64,000 nucleotides of DNA from Enoplolaimus lenunculus (Eukaryota). Positions 61,201-64,000 of this stretch are shown here, in pieces. The notes under the pieces were generated by a model. That model was not told the origin of the DNA. It saw only the letters and a list, made by a program, of their open reading frames with translations, and made no database searches. A program made the position numbers and the translations under genes. The stretch lies in assembly GCA_030248215.1 (NCBI GenBank), contig JASANG010001414.1:620001-684000 (forward strand), written 5' to 3'. The first letter of the stretch is position 1. Every line of letters begins with the position of its first letter.

Positions 61201-63810
61201 TGCTCAGGATTGTGGCGGTAATTGGTGCGCCAAAAGATATCGGGATCAAAGAGGACGGAATCTATGAGAATTTGATTTAAGACGGAATCAAAGAGGACGG
61301 AATCGATGAGAATTTGATTTAAAACGGGATCAAAGAGGACGGAATCGATGAGAATTTGATTTAAGACGGAATCAAAGAGGACGGAATCGATGAGAATTTG
61401 ATTTAAGACGGGATCAAAGAGGACGGAATCGATGAGAATTTGATTTAAAACGGGATCAAAGAGGACGGAATCGATGAGAATTTGATTTAAAACGGGATCA
61501 AAGAGGACGGAATCGATGAGAATTTGATTTAAGAGTTGTCGGGCGTCTAATTATCGTGATACCGTTCAGAATTTAATTTAATTAACATAAAAATAGTAAT
61601 AAAGCGTGCCGTCTGCTTACTCATCATTGCTTTATAAGCGAGCAGAGTGTCACTGGGATCCGGTTCCGGTAAAAATAGATGTCCGTTTCCGCTATGCTTA
61701 AAATTAGTTATAAAATATCACTGATATGTCTTGCAACTGTTTATTACAGACATGCTGCAATTGTTCGATATAAAATAAAAATTACGAAATTTATTCAGTC
61801 TAAAAAACTTTGGCACATCCGCCATATTTTTATAAAGCCCAGTGCATATTTGCATGTTTCAATTGCGTCTAATTATACTGCAACACGTACTATTTGTTTT
61901 AACGCCTGAGTATTAACTGTTATGACAGATGGCGTGTTTATTTTTGTATTAATGACAAACTCGCAGCATAGTGCAACACGAAGTAATACTTTGACACATG
62001 GACTCGATTCATGCAAATCCACTCGAATCATTTTTGTAATTTTTGTATTTGTTAAAATTTCTTTTTGTCTGAAACAAATGGGTGTTTTCGCGAGCACCCA
62101 ATCAACCGACCATCTTTGGATCGACCGTCGTAACTTTCGCATCGGATATTAATTTGATATTAGCTTGACCAAGAGTGCACGATGCTATTTGATGTTAGCT
62201 TGATCAAGAGTGCATGATGCTCTTTATGAAGAGTGTGCAACTGGATACATTGTGTGTAGAAAAGAATGTGCTCAGCGCGCGTTGTATTTTTCGTCCGCCC
62301 CATTAATTAAGAGTGGTCAAAATTTTCAAACATTGAAATTCATATGCTGTTGTGATACCGTGAGAAGTGACCCGCTTATATTTTTTATAAAATTCAACGT
62401 GTAGCGAATGTAAAATTGACCCTCTTCTAAATAAGGGGGAGTATGGCAATAACACAACAAGTGCTGGTACACTTTGTACCATGCACATCCTGGCCAGTTG
62501 CACACTCTTGTGATCATCGACTCTTGGTTTGATTTTAGCACCAGAAGTATGTTCATCGCCGTTTTCGTTCGAACGATTTCCGCAACACGTTCTTGTTGGA
62601 TTCGCGCTTGAGGTAAGAATCACTGATTGCAAATTAGGTTCAGCCATAATCGGCCAACCTGTGACCAATTTTACAGTTTCAACCAGTGCTGCGGACTTTC
62701 AAATGTGTGGCACACCGCAATTGCAAACTATCAGCTATACTTAGGTGTTAGAGGCTCGAGCGCATCGTCATTCTAATCGCTTGTGCATCTTACTCTTCAA
62801 GTTGATTGGCTACAAAAAACGCCATTTTAATCGCTTATGCATCTTACTCTTCAAGATGATTGGCTACCAAAAACGCCATTTTAATCGCTTATGCATCTTA
62901 CTCTTCAAGATGATTGGCTGTCAAAAATTCATGGCCGCTCACATTGGCTGGTGCGTACGTAGTAACTGTACCCCGTTTGGAGCAGGTTGAAAATTTTAGA
63001 GAGGGTAACATGTATGCCGAGCATGAAATATACGCTATTTTTGTTGAATGCTACAAGCTTTGATACGTCTGTCATCTAAAGGATAATGCCTGGTTTTCTA
63101 AAATCCTACTTAAGTACTTGCTAAGCAATTACTAAACAAATCTACCGTTCTTAAAAAGAGCCAATGTTACTTTAAGGGGCGTAACAATAGATTAAGCGTA
63201 TTCCTAAGCCTAAGTGTAAGCCTAAGCGTTGCAATAATGAGTTCCTAAGCCTAAGCCTAATCCTAAGCCTAAGCAAAAGAATGTAATCTAGAATGCAAAC
63301 CTACTCTTTATAGACCCACCAGAAACCTTGTCGCCCCTTAAAGTAACATGGGCCGTAAAAAGCATTACTTTGTTTGTTCAAAAAGTCAAGTATTTACTTA
63401 AGTTAGTGACTTAAGTAATTAATTACATGAGTGTAATTTAAGCAAATACATAAGTAAGATTTCAGAAATCCAACCAATGTTACATATTCAATTATCTCGG
63501 TAGTAAACTGTACCTCAACGTTGCAAAAACGTATTCAAAACTGGTTAAAATGAATTTAAACTTTCATAAAAGTTTATTCATTGTATAAATTTATCATTTC
63601 AGATGTCACACACGCGATCGTTGTCCGAATGTCTCGCTTCGTGTCTTGAAGTGTCAAAAACGCGAAATATCGATTGCCGTTCGACAATGTACTACTACGA
63701 AACTGGCGAATGCATTTTAAATCAAGATGACAGGCGGATGAGACCAGATCTGTTCTCAAAAGATACGCAAGGATTTATTGTCGATTATTTTGAAAATCAT
63801 TGCGCTGGAT
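58225..63810 (+). CDS. Secreted PAN/Apple-domain protein (at least two PAN domains), partial, continues past the window end
   Basis: Exons: 58225-58279 (MWTLISWSCFSWFITHVA, signal-like), 59995-60122 (QCGTG..FLRSNG...QCGKLC), 60726-60882 (CNSYEY...RCVLS...FYQKIC), 62539-62612 (CSSPFSFERFPQHVLVGFA), 63603-63810 (SLSECLASC...CRSTMYYYETGECILN...DYFENHC). Phases 1/0/1/0/1 are consistent. Confidence 0.88.
59802..59974. mobile_element. hAT-like MITE (CAGTGGCGGATCC family)
   Basis: CAATGGCGGATCC...GGATCCGCCACTA, with a perfect 8-bp TSD tgcggcag. Confidence 0.85.
60953..61171. mobile_element. PIF/Harbinger-like MITE (GGGTTGCGCTATAC family)
   Basis: taa|GGGTTGCGCTAT...ATAGCGCAATCC|taa. Confidence 0.75.
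61241..61533 (+). repeat. 42-bp minisatellite, 7 near-identical copies
   Basis: Unit CGG(G/A)ATCAAAGAGGACGGAATCGATGAGAATTTGATTTAA(G/A)A. AAAGAGG recurs every 42 nt from 61248 to 61500. Confidence 0.95.
62205..62526. mobile_element. CAAGAGTG-TIR element with 7-bp TSD
   Basis: gcttgat|CAAGAGTGCATGAT...ATCATCGACTCTTG|gtttgat. Confidence 0.75.
62768..62928 (+). repeat. 54-bp tandem repeat, 3 copies
   Basis: TAATCGCTT(G/A)TGCATCTTACTCTTCAAG(T/A)TGATTGGCT at 62774, 62828 and 62882. Confidence 0.9.
63159..63354 (+). mobile_element. TTAGGC-carrying MITE (subfamily C) nested in a larger inverted-repeat element (~63091-63471)
   Basis: AGCCAATGTTACTTTAAGGGGCG / CGCCCCTTAAAGTAACATGGGCC, TSD ttaaaaag/gtaaaaag. 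Outer ends TGGTTTTCTAAAATCCTACTTA / TAAGTAAGATTTCAGAAATCCA. Confidence 0.8.
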
Positions 63811-64000
63811 GTATGTTTTGCGTCGCGAAAAATCACTTTTTTTGAAACTTAATTTATTTTTTAAAAAGAATGTTCATAAAAAACTTTATCCTTTGAAGCT
63901 AAAATGAATTTTTAGAAACCGCAGTAGTACACAAGGGTTTGTTGTTGTCTATTTTGAAAATCATTGCGCTGGATGTATGTTTTGCGTCGCGAGAAAAATC

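Noticed and set aside
61241..61533. Possible CRISPR array
   Set aside because: The units are contiguous with no unique spacers, the context is a eukaryotic intron, and there are no cas genes.

Overview
AT-rich, intron-rich eukaryotic DNA, almost certainly nematode: it has TTAGGC telomere-type repeats, TTTCAG/TTTTAG splice acceptors and a cuticle collagen. I rebuilt five spliced protein-coding genes by hand from GT-AG sites and reading phase. (1) Minus strand, 14120 to <663, running off the left edge: a secreted modular protein with signal peptide, basic pro-region, chitin-binding type-2-like domain, Pro/Tyr-rich linker and a series of 5-Cys CC-type modules. (2) Minus, 24556-21798: a Cys-containing secreted protein I cannot assign to a family. 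(3) Minus, 35235-33070: a PP1 glycogen-targeting subunit with an RVxF-type motif and CBM21. (4) Plus, 43770-50197: a 7-exon cuticle collagen. (5) Plus, 58225 to >63810: a secreted PAN/Apple-domain protein. Introns and intergenic DNA are packed with short non-autonomous DNA transposons from many families, and I found no transposase ORF. The most striking elements are a roughly 20-copy MITE carrying TTAGGC arrays between co-varying inverted repeats with 8-bp target-site duplications (TSDs); a TTAA/piggyBac-type MITE carrying a tRNA-like Pol III cassette; a 7-bp-TSD element that forms head-to-tail tandems; and an inverted MITE pair enclosing a frame-neutral 54-nt exon. All family assignments come from motif recognition; no database searches were run.
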